A stretch of 64,000 bases of DNA from Planctomycetota bacterium. Its GTDB lineage: Bacteria; Planctomycetota; PLA2; JAEUHO01. Every line of letters begins with the position of its first letter. The first letter of the stretch is position 1. Position numbers and translations under genes: made by a program. The notes under the pieces were generated by a model, which saw only the letters and a list, made by a program, of their open reading frames with translations, had not been told where the DNA came from and searched no databases. Location of the stretch: positions 2,496,001-2,560,000 of the forward strand of contig CBDCTJ010000007.1 of assembly GCA_965222115.1 (NCBI GenBank). Reading direction: 5' to 3'. Positions 19,161 through 29,755 of this stretch are shown here, piece after piece.

Positions 19161-20939
19161 CTAAGCGGCGTACTCGCTATACAGGCGGCAGTATACACCT
19201 TGTTTCGCCAACAATTCGCTGTGTGTGCCGCGTTCCACAATGCGACCGGATTCCATGACCAGAATCTGATCCGCCTCTTTGATGGTAGAGAGCCGGTGGG
19301 CAATGACCACGGTCGTTTGCTGCGCCGCGAGCTTCTTCATGGCTTCGAGTATGGTGGCCTCCGTTCGCGTATCGACCGCACTGGTAGCTTCGTCAAAGAT
19401 GAGCAGCGAGGGTCGCGCAAGCAGTGCGCGCACGAAACACACGATCTGTCGCTCACCCTCGGAGAGATTCGCGCCGCGTTCTCCAACATCGGTCGCCAGT
19501 CCCTTCACAAAGCGGTCGAGCACATGGCGGCATCCGAGTTGTTCGAATCCTTCAAGCGCCTCAGCCTCTGATAGGTCCGGCGCGACGAAGCGCAGGTTTT
19601 CGAGCACCGTGCCCGCGAACAGGAAGTTGGACTGCAACACGATACCGGTTTGGCGATGCAACGCTTCCAAGGTGATGTCCTGAATGTCGCTGCCGTCGAG
19701 CAAGACCTGCCCTTTGGATGTTTCGTAAAAGCGTGCCAACAGGTTGATCACGGACGTCTTGCCCGCGCCGGTATGGCCCACCAACGCAACGGTCTTGCCG
19801 GGCTCCACGACGAAGTTGACGTCTTCCAACTGCCAGCCGTCCTTTCCTTCCGGGTCGTAGCTGAAGAAGACGTCGCGGAATTCAATATGCCCGCGCAGGC
19901 GTCCGGGATCAGTAGCCGTGTCGCGATCGGCGACTTCCGGGTCGGTATCCAACAGTAAGAAAATGCGCTCCGCGGCCGCACCGGCCACCAGACACTCGTT
20001 GTAGAGACCGCCCAGTCCCTCAATGGGGCCAAGCACAAAGCCCAACAAGAGTATGAACTCAAGGAGTCCGCCAATGCTGAGGGCCCCGGAAGCAACTTCT
20101 CCGCTGCCGACCCAAAGAACAATGACCAGCACCATGTGATAGGCGATGCCGAGACTCGGCCAGTACATGCCCGACACGCGCGCGCCACGCATGACTTCCT
20201 TGCGATAGCTCTGTTGGAGTCCCCCGAGTTTCTCTCGCTCGCGATCCTCTGCGCGGAATGCCTGGATCACGCGTACCCCGGTAATGGACTCCGCCACATG
20301 GGCGGTGATCGCCGACTGCGCCTCGCGGATGCGACGGTACGCCGGAAACGCGAGATGATGAAATACACGCGTGATCACGAAGACAAGTGGCAGCGCGGCC
20401 ACCAACCAAAGCGCAAGGCCAGCATTGAGCGAGATCAATCGGGCGATTGCCACCGTCAAACTCACAATCGCCATGGACACGATGATTGGACCCCAGAACA
20501 AAAGTTGTTCTAGGGAATCCACATCGCGGTCGGCGCGCGCAATGATGCGCCCTTGTTTGGTGCGATCGAAGTAACGCATGCTAAGGCGTTGCACATGATC
20601 GAATACATCGCGTCGGACGTCGTGGAGCACGTTTACGCCGAGGGCGGTGGACGCGCGCAACTCAATGCGTGTATTGAATGAGCGGAAGCCCAAGTTGAGG
20701 AGAATAGCGCCCACGTAGAGCGCCACGCCACCAAAGTTGCCCTCACGAATCGGGCCATCCACCGCATGGTGCACAAGCACCGCGTCGAGCACCATGCTCA
20801 GGACCCATACGACTTCCAGCAGTACTGCCTTAGCAACAAGACCCTTGTAGGGTTTGATGTAGCTCATGATCCGACCGAACGTGGCCCGTTTTAGACTCGT
20901 CTTGGCGAATTCTTCTTCGAGGTCGATGGCATGTGTCAT
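19161..20939 (-). CDS. ABC exporter, fused permease/ATPase (heterodimer half)
   Basis: TM domain, GHTGAGKT, LSEGERQ signature, IFDEATS, IAHR. Confidence 0.93.
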   Translation of the reverse strand: MTHAIDLEEEFAKTSLKRATFGRIMSYIKPYKGLVAKAVLLEVVWVLSMVLDAVLVHHAVDGPIREGNFGGVALYVGAILLNLGFRSFNTRIELRASTALGVNVLHDVRRDVFDHVQRLSMRYFDRTKQGRIIARADRDVDSLEQLLFWGPIIVSMAIVSLTVAIARLISLNAGLALWLVAALPLVFVITRVFHHLAFPAYRRIREAQSAITAHVAESITGVRVIQAFRAEDREREKLGGLQQSYRKEVMRGARVSGMYWPSLGIAYHMVLVIVLWVGSGEVASGALSIGGLLEFILLLGFVLGPIEGLGGLYNECLVAGAAAERIFLLLDTDPEVADRDTATDPGRLRGHIEFRDVFFSYDPEGKDGWQLEDVNFVVEPGKTVALVGHTGAGKTSVINLLARFYETSKGQVLLDGSDIQDITLEALHRQTGIVLQSNFLFAGTVLENLRFVAPDLSEAEALEGFEQLGCRHVLDRFVKGLATDVGERGANLSEGERQIVCFVRALLARPSLLIFDEATSAVDTRTEATILEAMKKLAAQQTTVVIAHRLSTIKEADQILVMESGRIVERGTHSELLAKQGVYCRLYSEYAA

Positions 20940-22738
20940 GAGCCCACCTCCCCGAGTTGCTGATGGCGAGCGATCTCTGCGTACAGCGGAGACGACTGCA
21001 TCAATGTGTCATGCGTGCCTTGGGCGACGAGCACGCCGTCGTCCAGGACGACAATGCGATCGCACCAACGCACAGACGGTACGCGCTGACTGATCACAAG
21101 CGTGGTGCGGCCCTCAGACGCCTTGCGAATTCCATCAAAGAGTTGCTTCTCGGTCGCCGCATCGACACTTGCCGTGGCGTCGTCGAAAATGAGCACGCGC
21201 GGGTTCATGACCAACGCGCGGGCAATCGTCAATCGTTGGCGTTGGCCGCCCGATAGACTCACGCCGCGCTCGCCAACCATGGTCTCGTACCCGTCTGGTA
21301 GCGCTTCGACAAAGTTCTTGGCCGCCGACAGTTCAATGCAGTTGGAAACATCCTCTTGGGTGGCCGCGGGGCGTCCGTAAGCAACGTTGCCTTTGACCGT
21401 ATCGGAGAAGAGAAACGCTTCTTGGAACACGAGACCTACCGCCGCACGCAATTCGTCGATCGCAAGTTCCGGTAACGGATGGCCGTCGATTCGAATCTCA
21501 CCCTTTGTCGGTTCGTAGTAGCGCGGAACGAGCCCTACGAGCGTGCTCTTGCCTGCTCCGGTGGTACCTATGATGCCGACGGACTCGCCGGGAGTGATGT
21601 CGAGCGATACGCCGCGAAGCACGGGCGGTCCTTCGGGATACGCGAAATGCACGTTGTCAAACGTCAAGCGTCCGCCCTGTTTCGGAAGGGTGGCAGGCGT
21701 GATTGGATCTTCGATGTGATCGTTGACATCAAGTACGTCAAAAACGCGCGCCGCACTCGCAACGGCCTTTTGTCCCACGATAACCATGCGCGTGAGTGGG
21801 CGCATCTGATGATGGAGAATGCGGACGTAGAGCAATGCGGCGACCAACTCGCCCACGCTTGCGTGGCCCGCCGAAATGCGCCAACCGGCCAACAGCAAGA
21901 CGAAGGGTACGCACAGCGAAAAGCACAGCCCATTGATGAGCGGCATGACGCCCGTCCAATAGCGCTCCAGTTTGCGCCATGTCGACGTAAACGAGGTCAT
22001 CTCACCGCCGAACTTCGATGACTCGCTGCGTTCACGACCAAAGGCGCGAACCACGCGTGCGCCCGCGACATTCTCCTGAAGCACGGTAGTGACATCGTCG
22101 TAGACATCGCACACGTCTTTGTCGAGCCGTGCGATTTTTCGACCGGTGCGAATGCAGGCGAAGATGCCAACCGCATAGACGGCCAGCGTCACCAGCCCGT
22201 ACGACCAGTGCACGATGAACAGCATGACTTGGATCACGAGAAACAAGGCCGCGATCTGCGCGTAGCCGAACCACACCTCGCGAAAGAAGCGTTTGACTTG
22301 ATCCATGTCGCGTAGGGAGCGGGCGATGGTCTTGCCACTTCGATTCTTGTCGTGGTACCGAAACCGCAAGTGCATCACATGATCAAACAACCGCGTGCGC
22401 ATGTTGTTCTCGAGGTCTTGCCCCACACTCGCAGCGGCCACCGTAGAGAAATAGAACGCGAGATGCTTGCCCAGCAAAACGCCCGCCAACGCCAACAACA
22501 CGCCGTAAACCGGACCAAAGTCAAATCCGCGGGCATGTTCTGGCGTGGGCAGCATCTCCACAACGCGGCTCACGAGCAGCGGGTACACGGAGTCGAATGC
22601 GGTGCGCAAGAGAATGAGGGCAATGACACCGAGCGCGGCGCCTAGCACGGGGCGAAAGCACGCGATCAATCGACGCAGTGTCTCTACGGACGCGGTCGAA
22701 TCCGGTTCGGTTGAGGGTGTAGGTAACGTGGAGTTCAT
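20936..22738 (-). CDS. ABC exporter, fused permease/ATPase (heterodimer half with degenerate site)
   Basis: GTTGAGKS, LSGGQRQ, IFDDAT (E to D), ISQR (H to Q); ATGA overlap with partner. Confidence 0.93.
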   Translation of the reverse strand: MNSTLPTPSTEPDSTASVETLRRLIACFRPVLGAALGVIALILLRTAFDSVYPLLVSRVVEMLPTPEHARGFDFGPVYGVLLALAGVLLGKHLAFYFSTVAAASVGQDLENNMRTRLFDHVMHLRFRYHDKNRSGKTIARSLRDMDQVKRFFREVWFGYAQIAALFLVIQVMLFIVHWSYGLVTLAVYAVGIFACIRTGRKIARLDKDVCDVYDDVTTVLQENVAGARVVRAFGRERSESSKFGGEMTSFTSTWRKLERYWTGVMPLINGLCFSLCVPFVLLLAGWRISAGHASVGELVAALLYVRILHHQMRPLTRMVIVGQKAVASAARVFDVLDVNDHIEDPITPATLPKQGGRLTFDNVHFAYPEGPPVLRGVSLDITPGESVGIIGTTGAGKSTLVGLVPRYYEPTKGEIRIDGHPLPELAIDELRAAVGLVFQEAFLFSDTVKGNVAYGRPAATQEDVSNCIELSAAKNFVEALPDGYETMVGERGVSLSGGQRQRLTIARALVMNPRVLIFDDATASVDAATEKQLFDGIRKASEGRTTLVISQRVPSVRWCDRIVVLDDGVLVAQGTHDTLMQSSPLYAEIARHQQLGEVGS

Positions 22739-23355
22739 AATGATCGTGGGGGTTCAAAATTAGGAAGCTGAAGAAGGACTTAGCGAAAGCGCGTGTGATG
22801 GGGGACATCACGCGAGATGCTGGACGACCGCAACGGGACTGACGTCCACGAGATGGGCCAACACAAGGGGGCGCTCGCTCAGGCGGCGCGCCAGGCCAGA
22901 AAGGCCGGATGGTCGTACGTTGATGCTTTCGCCGACCGGCGAAAGAGTCACGCAATCGCGTGGGTAGGCATCTGTGGCGAAGGGGCCACGACTGAACACG
23001 CGGCTCGTGATGCATAGCGAATTACGAAATCGCAATACTCGTATTCGCCGGAGGCACCATTGCCTTTCGTTCGCTCCGAGACACCGACCGAGACACCGAA
23101 GCAAGGCCTGATGCCAAACACATCACCGGCGACGATCTGTGCGACGTTTTTGCTGGTGGTGATGGTTGTATGGGTCATAGCACACCTCGGATTTCGGCGT
23201 TTGGCGGCTATCGCACGCACCCAAATGCAGGTCGTTGAAGCGCGGCGATGAACCGTAGGTTCGTTTCGTGGCCCAAGAACGTAGGCTGAGGCCGCCCCAT
23301 TCGCAAGGTTCGTTTCTTGGTGTGGGGCTTTGGACCTTGCGAGGCGCCACTCCCA

Positions 23356-24027
23356 ATGACCACATCGTTTTCCCGTAGCACGTTTCCATGGCGTAATACC
23401 CCACAGGTGATCGCGGACCTCCTTCAGGAGGGCATTGCAATTTCGCCCAGCAAGAGCGGACGCGCCTTTGTCGGCGATACGGGCGAGGGCATCATTCGCT
23501 TGGAGCCCCCCGCACTCATTCCACTCGATGGACCGGATGAACAGGTCGAGGCCTACCTATCCCGTTTTCCGATCGAGCTCGGACTTCAGTATGTGCTACT
23601 GATGCAAGCCGGCGCCGCTGCGATGGGACTCTGGCGCGAGAACGAGCTCATCCGCCACAAGTGCATCACGAAATACGTCGTTCGGGGTAAGGGACGCGCG
23701 CAGCCGCTGTATTCAAAGACGAAGGGAAAGTCGCGCTACGGTTCGCGGCTGCGACTTCAGAACGCCAAAGCGCTACTTGTTGAAACAAATGAAAAGATGC
23801 TCCAGTGGTGGGAGGAGGAAGGAGCTTTTGATTCCATCTATTTCAATTGCCCGCAGCGTCTATGGCCCGAGCTCTTTTTGGTCAAACCCGCGCCGCCCTA
23901 TCCTCAGCGCGACGTGCCCAAGCGCTTGCCCTATGACGTACACGAGCCGCGTTTTGACGAACTCAAGCGCATTCGCCGCAAGATGCTGCGGGGCGCGTTA
24001 CTTCGCCCCATTTCGACGAAGCAATAA
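23356..24027 (+). CDS. VLRF1-clade (Vms1/ANKZF1-like) release factor homolog, bVLRF1-like
   Basis: LLMQAG.AA.G, HKCITKYVVRGKGRAQ...KTKGKSRYGSRLR, V..PRFDEL match the recalled bVLRF1 pattern. Confidence 0.7.
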   Translation: MTTSFSRSTFPWRNTPQVIADLLQEGIAISPSKSGRAFVGDTGEGIIRLEPPALIPLDGPDEQVEAYLSRFPIELGLQYVLLMQAGAAAMGLWRENELIRHKCITKYVVRGKGRAQPLYSKTKGKSRYGSRLRLQNAKALLVETNEKMLQWWEEEGAFDSIYFNCPQRLWPELFLVKPAPPYPQRDVPKRLPYDVHEPRFDELKRIRRKMLRGALLRPISTKQ

Positions 24028-24040
24028 CAGGCACATCAAT

Positions 24041-26947
24041 CTACGCGTCATACGCCTCAAGGGGTGGACATGAGCAAATAAGATTGCGATCCCCGTAGAC
24101 GTTGTCGGCGCGCTTGACAGGAGGCCAGAACTTATGGCTTCGTGACCACGCGCTTGGAAATACGGCTTCCTCGCGGGTGTAGGGATGGGGCCAGGCATCC
24201 ACGGCGATTTCCTCTGCCGTGTGGGGCGCATTCTTTAGCGGATTGTCGTCGCGAGGCCACGCGCCGTCGGCGACTTCTTTGGCCTCATCGTGAATGGCAA
24301 TCAGGGCATCGCAGAGACGATCGCACTCTTCTTTGCTCTCACTCTCGGTGGGTTCGATCATCATCGTGCCCGCGACGGGCCAACTGATGGTGGGGGCGTG
24401 GAAGCCGTAGTCCATGAGGCGCTTGGCAACGTCTTCAACTTCCACGTCGGCGGATTGTTTAAGTGGGCGCATATCCAAAATGAACTCGTGGGCGACGAGT
24501 CCATCCGGGCCGCGATAGAGAATGTCATAGTGTGACTCAAGTCGTTTGGCCATGTAGTTGGCGTTGAGGATGGCAACCTGCGATGCCCGCTTGATGCCCT
24601 CTGCGCCCAACATCGCGATAAATGCGTAACTGATTGGCAAGATACTTGGGCTACCCCAAGGTGCTGCGGCGACCGGCCCCATTGCTTGTTCTCCACCGCA
24701 AGCGACCAGAGGGTGGCCCGGGAGAAACGGTGCTAAGTGCTCTGCCACGCCAATGGGACCCATACCGGGTCCACCACCGCCATGCGGAATGCAAAACGTC
24801 TTGTGCAAGTTGAGATGGCAGACATCGGCCCCGTAGTCGCCCGGTCGCGCTAGACCCATCTGTGCATTGAGGTTGGCGCCATCGAGGTAGACCTGCCCGC
24901 CGTGATCGTGCACAATCTTGCAGACTTCGCGAATCGTTGACTCAAACACGCCGTGCGTGGACGGATAGGTAACCATGATGGCCGCGAGGTTGTCGGCGTG
25001 CTTTTCGGCCTTTGCGGCCAGATCGGCAAGATCAATATTGCCCTGGTCATCGCACTTGGTGACCACGACCTTCATGCCGGCCATGACGGCGCTGGCAGGA
25101 TTTGTACCGTGCGCCGAACTGGGAATGAGGCACACGTGGCGATGCCCTTCGCCGCGTGACGCGTGATAGGCGCGAATCACCAGCATACCGGAGTACTCAC
25201 CCTGCGAACCGGCATTGGGTTGCAACGAGTAGGCATGAAAACCGGTGATCTCCGCCAGCTGCGCTTCGAGTGCTTCGAAGAGGGCCTGGTAGCCCTGGGC
25301 TTGATCAAGCGGCGCAAAGGGATGCATTCGTCCAAACTCGGGCCACGTCACGGGAATCATCTCGGTGGTGGCGTTGAGCTTCATCGTGCAACTGCCGAGC
25401 GGAATCATGCTCGTGGTGAGGCTCAAATCCTTGGCCTGGAGTCGATGGATGTAGCGCAGCATTTCGGTTTCGGAGTGGTAGCTATGAAAGACGGGATTTG
25501 TGAGGTACTCGCTAGTGCGCGCAAGTTCCGCAGGCAGAGCCTCGTTCACATCCGCAATCAGATCGTTGGCAGAAAAGTCTTTGAGTTTGCCTTCTGCAAA
25601 CACCGTTAGCAGCAGTTCGACATCGTCAATCGCTGTCGTCTCGTCAATCGCGACGCCCAACGAATCTTCGAGGTCGCGACGCAAATTGATGCCCGCCCGA
25701 TCAGCCGCCGCAAGAACATCATCTCGCGACGACCCTTCGGTGGGCACTCGCACGGTGTCAAAGAACACGGCGTCGCCCAGGTCATAGCCCAAGCGTCGAA
25801 GTCCGTCGGCCAGCAGTAGCGCGTGAAAGCGTATGCGGCGGGCGATCTTCTTTAGCCCATCGGGACCGTGATAAACGGCATACATCGAGGCCATGATGGC
25901 CAGGAGCACCTGCGCGGTGCAGATATTGCTCGTGGCCTTCTCGCGGCGGATGTGCTGTTCGCGCGTCTGAAGCGCGAGGCGTAGGGCGCGCTTGCCATCA
26001 ACGGTCTTCGTGATGCCTACAATGCGACCCGGAAGCTGGCGTTTGTAGGTGTCGCGGGTGGCAATAAACGCGGCATGGGGACCGCCGTACCCCATCGGAA
26101 CCCCGAGGCGCTGTGCGCTACCAATCACAACATCGGCACCGGCATCACCCGGAGGCGTCAGAAGCGTAAGTGCCATCAAGTCGGAAGCCACAACCACGAG
26201 TGCACCCGCTGTGTGGGCGCGTTCGATAAACGATTTGGGATCCCATACGCGACCATGGGTATCGGGAATCTGCACCAGGGCACCGCACACCGGTTGCTTG
26301 AAGTCAAACCCGGCCTCGTCGCCGACGACGAGTTCAATACCAACGGCCTCGGCGCGCGTCTTCATGACCGCCAACGTTTGCGGATGGCAGCGCGCCGACA
26401 CAAAGAAGCGGGCGTCTTTGACTTTGCGGTTGACTGCATGGCACAGCGTCATGGCCTCTGCGGCGGCTGTGCCCTCATCGAGCAGGCTTGAGTTGGCCAT
26501 GTCAAGGCCCGTAAGATCGCAAATGAGCGTCTGAAAGTTGAGCAGCGCCTCCAGGCGACCCTGTGCGATCTCCGCTTGGTACGGCGTGTATTGGGTATAC
26601 CAGCCGGGATTCTCCAGCACATTGCGAAGGATGACCGGGGGCGTAATCGTGTCGTAGTAGCCCATGCCAATGTAGCTCTTGCGAATTACATTTTTGTCTG
26701 CAAGTTCGCGGAGCGTGGACAGCATGTCGTACTCAGACATGGGCTCACCGAGGGCCAACGCCTTCTTCATGCGAATACTCGGCGGCACCGCCGCGTCGGC
26801 CAGTGCATCCAGGTCGGCGTAGCCCAGGCTCTTAAGCATGGCCTCAAGCTCGTCGTGACTCGGCCCTAGATGGCGGTAAGCAAACCCATCGGGGTGTTCT
26901 AGGCACTCGTGTTGGCTTTGGCCCAGGATAGAAGGCGTGGTCGGCAT
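24041..26947 (-). CDS. gcvP: glycine dehydrogenase (decarboxylating), P protein
   Basis: [54 protein letters not shown] lysine, DNVYGDRNL. Confidence 0.97.
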   Translation of the reverse strand: MPTTPSILGQSQHECLEHPDGFAYRHLGPSHDELEAMLKSLGYADLDALADAAVPPSIRMKKALALGEPMSEYDMLSTLRELADKNVIRKSYIGMGYYDTITPPVILRNVLENPGWYTQYTPYQAEIAQGRLEALLNFQTLICDLTGLDMANSSLLDEGTAAAEAMTLCHAVNRKVKDARFFVSARCHPQTLAVMKTRAEAVGIELVVGDEAGFDFKQPVCGALVQIPDTHGRVWDPKSFIERAHTAGALVVVASDLMALTLLTPPGDAGADVVIGSAQRLGVPMGYGGPHAAFIATRDTYKRQLPGRIVGITKTVDGKRALRLALQTREQHIRREKATSNICTAQVLLAIMASMYAVYHGPDGLKKIARRIRFHALLLADGLRRLGYDLGDAVFFDTVRVPTEGSSRDDVLAAADRAGINLRRDLEDSLGVAIDETTAIDDVELLLTVFAEGKLKDFSANDLIADVNEALPAELARTSEYLTNPVFHSYHSETEMLRYIHRLQAKDLSLTTSMIPLGSCTMKLNATTEMIPVTWPEFGRMHPFAPLDQAQGYQALFEALEAQLAEITGFHAYSLQPNAGSQGEYSGMLVIRAYHASRGEGHRHVCLIPSSAHGTNPASAVMAGMKVVVTKCDDQGNIDLADLAAKAEKHADNLAAIMVTYPSTHGVFESTIREVCKIVHDHGGQVYLDGANLNAQMGLARPGDYGADVCHLNLHKTFCIPHGGGGPGMGPIGVAEHLAPFLPGHPLVACGGEQAMGPVAAAPWGSPSILPISYAFIAMLGAEGIKRASQVAILNANYMAKRLESHYDILYRGPDGLVAHEFILDMRPLKQSADVEVEDVAKRLMDYGFHAPTISWPVAGTMMIEPTESESKEECDRLCDALIAIHDEAKEVADGAWPRDDNPLKNAPHTAEEIAVDAWPHPYTREEAVFPSAWSRSHKFWPPVKRADNVYGDRNLICSCPPLEAYDA

Positions 26948-27245
26948 CGTGCTCTCCGCGGCGTGCGTCCGTGGCGGTACGCAATCGCATGCGTATTGAA
27001 CCGGAGGGCACCGAAAAGACACGAATTCGGCCCGCCCGGCAGGGCAATTTGAAGCCAATCGACCGGAAGGATTCGATGTGCGATCGGCGGGGATTCGGGG
27101 ATGAAGCCGAATGCTCCTGCGTATTCTCCTACGCTGCCCACGGGTGGGGGCGGTTGCGCCCAAGTACGACGGATCGGCCTAGCCCGGATTATTCATGAGT
27201 AGTTCGGGCTAGATAGCAAGTCACACCTTCCAAGGAACACGAACT

Positions 27246-28472
27246 GTGAGATCGATCTCATTTACCGGCAGTTTGACGGAACGCGTCACTGCCCTGTTTG
27301 CTGTGATGTGCCTCGCACTCGGCGCGTCAGGGTGTGGGGGAGGCGGGCCCACGGAGTTGACCGTTGCCCCGCACCGCACATTTACCAAGGGATACGACAA
27401 GTCTGTATGGACCGGGCCCCCGCCTACGAGTGACCAGCGCTACCCGAAGACGGCTGACGTGAAGATCACCAACCCGCTTGATCTCTTTCGTTACGAACTA
27501 CCCGAGGGCTGGACGGCCAAGCCCGGCACGTCGCGAATCGTCTCGGCGATGTTCATTCCACCTCAAGCGAAATCGCCGGACGCAACGGACATGTCCGCGA
27601 CAAAACTACGAGCCACGTTATCGATGGCCGGTGGGAGTCCACTTGAGAACCTCAATCGGTGGCGCAAACAGCTCGGGCTGAAGGACGTCGACAAATCGGG
27701 ACTGTCAAAACTCCCGAAGGTCAAGTTCTTAAGCGACGACGCCTTCTTCGTTGATCTCGAAGGCGAGACGTTTCGAGGCATGGGCCATGCAGGTGAAATC
27801 AAGGACGCGCGGATGCTCGCGTTGATGCGGCCGGCCCAAACCGGGCGCATGATTTTTCTCAAAATGGTCGGCACGCAGAGCGCGATGGCCCCACTCAAGG
27901 ACGACTTTCTCGCACTGGCAAAGTCAATCGATGTAAAGCCCCACGCGGGTGGGCCCCATGGGGGCGGTCACGGTCATCCACCAACGAAGCGTAGCGATGC
28001 GCCGGCCGACGGCAAGCCCAATGCGCCGATGGAGCCCCCCTACCGTTGGTCGGCGCCGGCGTCATGGAAGAAACTCAAACCCGCTGCATTTTCGCTCGCG
28101 ACGTATGCACCTACGGGCAAGTCCATGGATGCCATGTGCAGCATCTCTCACTTTGGGAATGACGTGGGTGGGCTGAAGGCCAACATTGCACGCTGGTGCA
28201 GGCAAGTAGGTGTGGAGCCCCTCGATGCCAAGGCGATCGCGGCGCTTCCCACATTGCCGGTCTTGGGTCGCGCCGCGCCTTACCTCACACTCAAAGGCAC
28301 CTACAAAGCGGACGGCAGCGGTGGAGAGGCGAAGGGTGCTATGATGCTCGTCGTGTATTGCGATCTCGGCGGCCCTACATTGGTCGTGAAATTGGTTGGC
28401 CAAGAGAAACACGTTCAAGTCCACGTCGATGCGTTTGAAGAACTTGTTACCTCCATTGAGGAAAACAAATGA
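27246..28472 (+). CDS. lipoprotein with two repeated domains, coupled to cytochrome c biogenesis genes
   Basis: Lipobox ASG-C; two copies of GG...N..RW..Q.G; His/Gly-rich linker; ATGA overlap with resB-like gene. Confidence 0.75.
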   Translation: MRSISFTGSLTERVTALFAVMCLALGASGCGGGGPTELTVAPHRTFTKGYDKSVWTGPPPTSDQRYPKTADVKITNPLDLFRYELPEGWTAKPGTSRIVSAMFIPPQAKSPDATDMSATKLRATLSMAGGSPLENLNRWRKQLGLKDVDKSGLSKLPKVKFLSDDAFFVDLEGETFRGMGHAGEIKDARMLALMRPAQTGRMIFLKMVGTQSAMAPLKDDFLALAKSIDVKPHAGGPHGGGHGHPPTKRSDAPADGKPNAPMEPPYRWSAPASWKKLKPAAFSLATYAPTGKSMDAMCSISHFGNDVGGLKANIARWCRQVGVEPLDAKAIAALPTLPVLGRAAPYLTLKGTYKADGSGGEAKGAMMLVVYCDLGGPTLVVKLVGQEKHVQVHVDAFEELVTSIEENK

Positions 28473-29755
28473 CGGACGGCGACAACCAACAGGGCGTGTT
28501 CGCCTGGGGCGCCAAGGCGCTTCGATTTCTGGGCTCGTACGGTTTGGCATGCGTGATCTTACTTCTGCTAACACTGCTCACATTCATGGGCACGCTGGAG
28601 CAAGCCGACACGGCGCTGTTCGATGTCCAGCGCGACTACTTTGAGTCCGTCTTCCTTGTGAGCGACGTGCTTGATTTTCCGGTCCCCATGCCAGGTGCCT
28701 ATTTGCTCCTCGCACTACTGTTTGTGAACCTTATTGTGGGCGGCATGCTTCGCTTAAAGCGCACATGGAGCCGCGCAGGTATTTTTGTTATTCACCTTGG
28801 CGTAGCGCTGTTGCTCATCGGTGGCTTTGTTGAGTTCACCACTTCCATCAAGGGCTATTTGCCGGTGTATGAAGGCGAACCCTTTACCGATCGCGATAAC
28901 AACGGCGTGTATGACGAGGGCGAACCATTCGCCGATGTGGATCGCAACGGCGTGCGCATGGAGCCACGCGCAGGCAAACGCTTTCTCAGTCATGAAAGCC
29001 GCGATTTGGTCGTGCGCATGAGGCCGGACGGCACGACCGTTCGCGAGTGGCGTATTCCAACCGATCGCCTCAAGGCAGCAACAAGTCAGCGAGTGACCAT
29101 CTCACTTGACGGCGGCCCCACGTTTGAAGTGTACGGATACCGTCGCAATGCCGCGATTCGCAAGGGTAGGGGCGAGGGCAGCATTGACGGGCGCGTGCTG
29201 ATGGCTTTGGATGATGATCCGAAGCAAGCCGAGAGAAACATGCCCGCATGTTTCGTTTCCATCCAGCGTGGCAGTGACGAACCCATGGTTGGACTGGTTT
29301 CTGCCGAGCAAGAGGCGCCGTTTGTGGTGGGGGATGGCAAGGAGCGTATTGCGTTTGACTTGCTCAAGCGCGGATGGGAGCTTCCGTTCTCCGTCGTGCT
29401 TCGCCGTGGCGTGGAAAAGAAGTACCCCGGCACCAATATGCCCAGTGAATACTCAAGCTACATCACCATGATCGAAGATGGTGTGCGCGAGCCCATGCAC
29501 ATCACCATGAACGAGCCGCTGCGCCATAAGGGGTATACGCTCTATCAATCGGGCATGAACGTGATTACGAAGACGCGACATGGGCCATTGATGCAGTCCG
29601 TATTCTCGGTGGTCAAGAACCCGGCCGACTCGATTCCGCTCGTTGCGTGCGTCATTATTCTGATTGGCATGTTGATTCAGTTCGGAATGAAACTGATTCG
29701 CTACATTCAACGTGAACTCCGGCGCGACGAGCGACCGAAGGAGGCCGCCGCATGA
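28469..29755 (+). CDS. cytochrome c biogenesis protein, ResB-like
   Basis: TM helices with GT..Q, IHLG..LL, large periplasmic part, MNEPLRHKGYTLYQSG, final TM. Confidence 0.85.
   Translation: MTDGDNQQGVFAWGAKALRFLGSYGLACVILLLLTLLTFMGTLEQADTALFDVQRDYFESVFLVSDVLDFPVPMPGAYLLLALLFVNLIVGGMLRLKRTWSRAGIFVIHLGVALLLIGGFVEFTTSIKGYLPVYEGEPFTDRDNNGVYDEGEPFADVDRNGVRMEPRAGKRFLSHESRDLVVRMRPDGTTVREWRIPTDRLKAATSQRVTISLDGGPTFEVYGYRRNAAIRKGRGEGSIDGRVLMALDDDPKQAERNMPACFVSIQRGSDEPMVGLVSAEQEAPFVVGDGKERIAFDLLKRGWELPFSVVLRRGVEKKYPGTNMPSEYSSYITMIEDGVREPMHITMNEPLRHKGYTLYQSGMNVITKTRHGPLMQSVFSVVKNPADSIPLVACVIILIGMLIQFGMKLIRYIQRELRRDERPKEAAA

Noticed and set aside
22817-23251. Two plus-strand ORFs in one frame separated by TAG at 23015-23017 (possible read-through)
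   Set aside because: No recognisable protein, RBS or recoding signal; could be chance
26948-27240. Glycine riboswitch upstream of gcvP
   Set aside because: Could not find the GGAGA...CCGAAG...CTCTCAGG core on the minus strand
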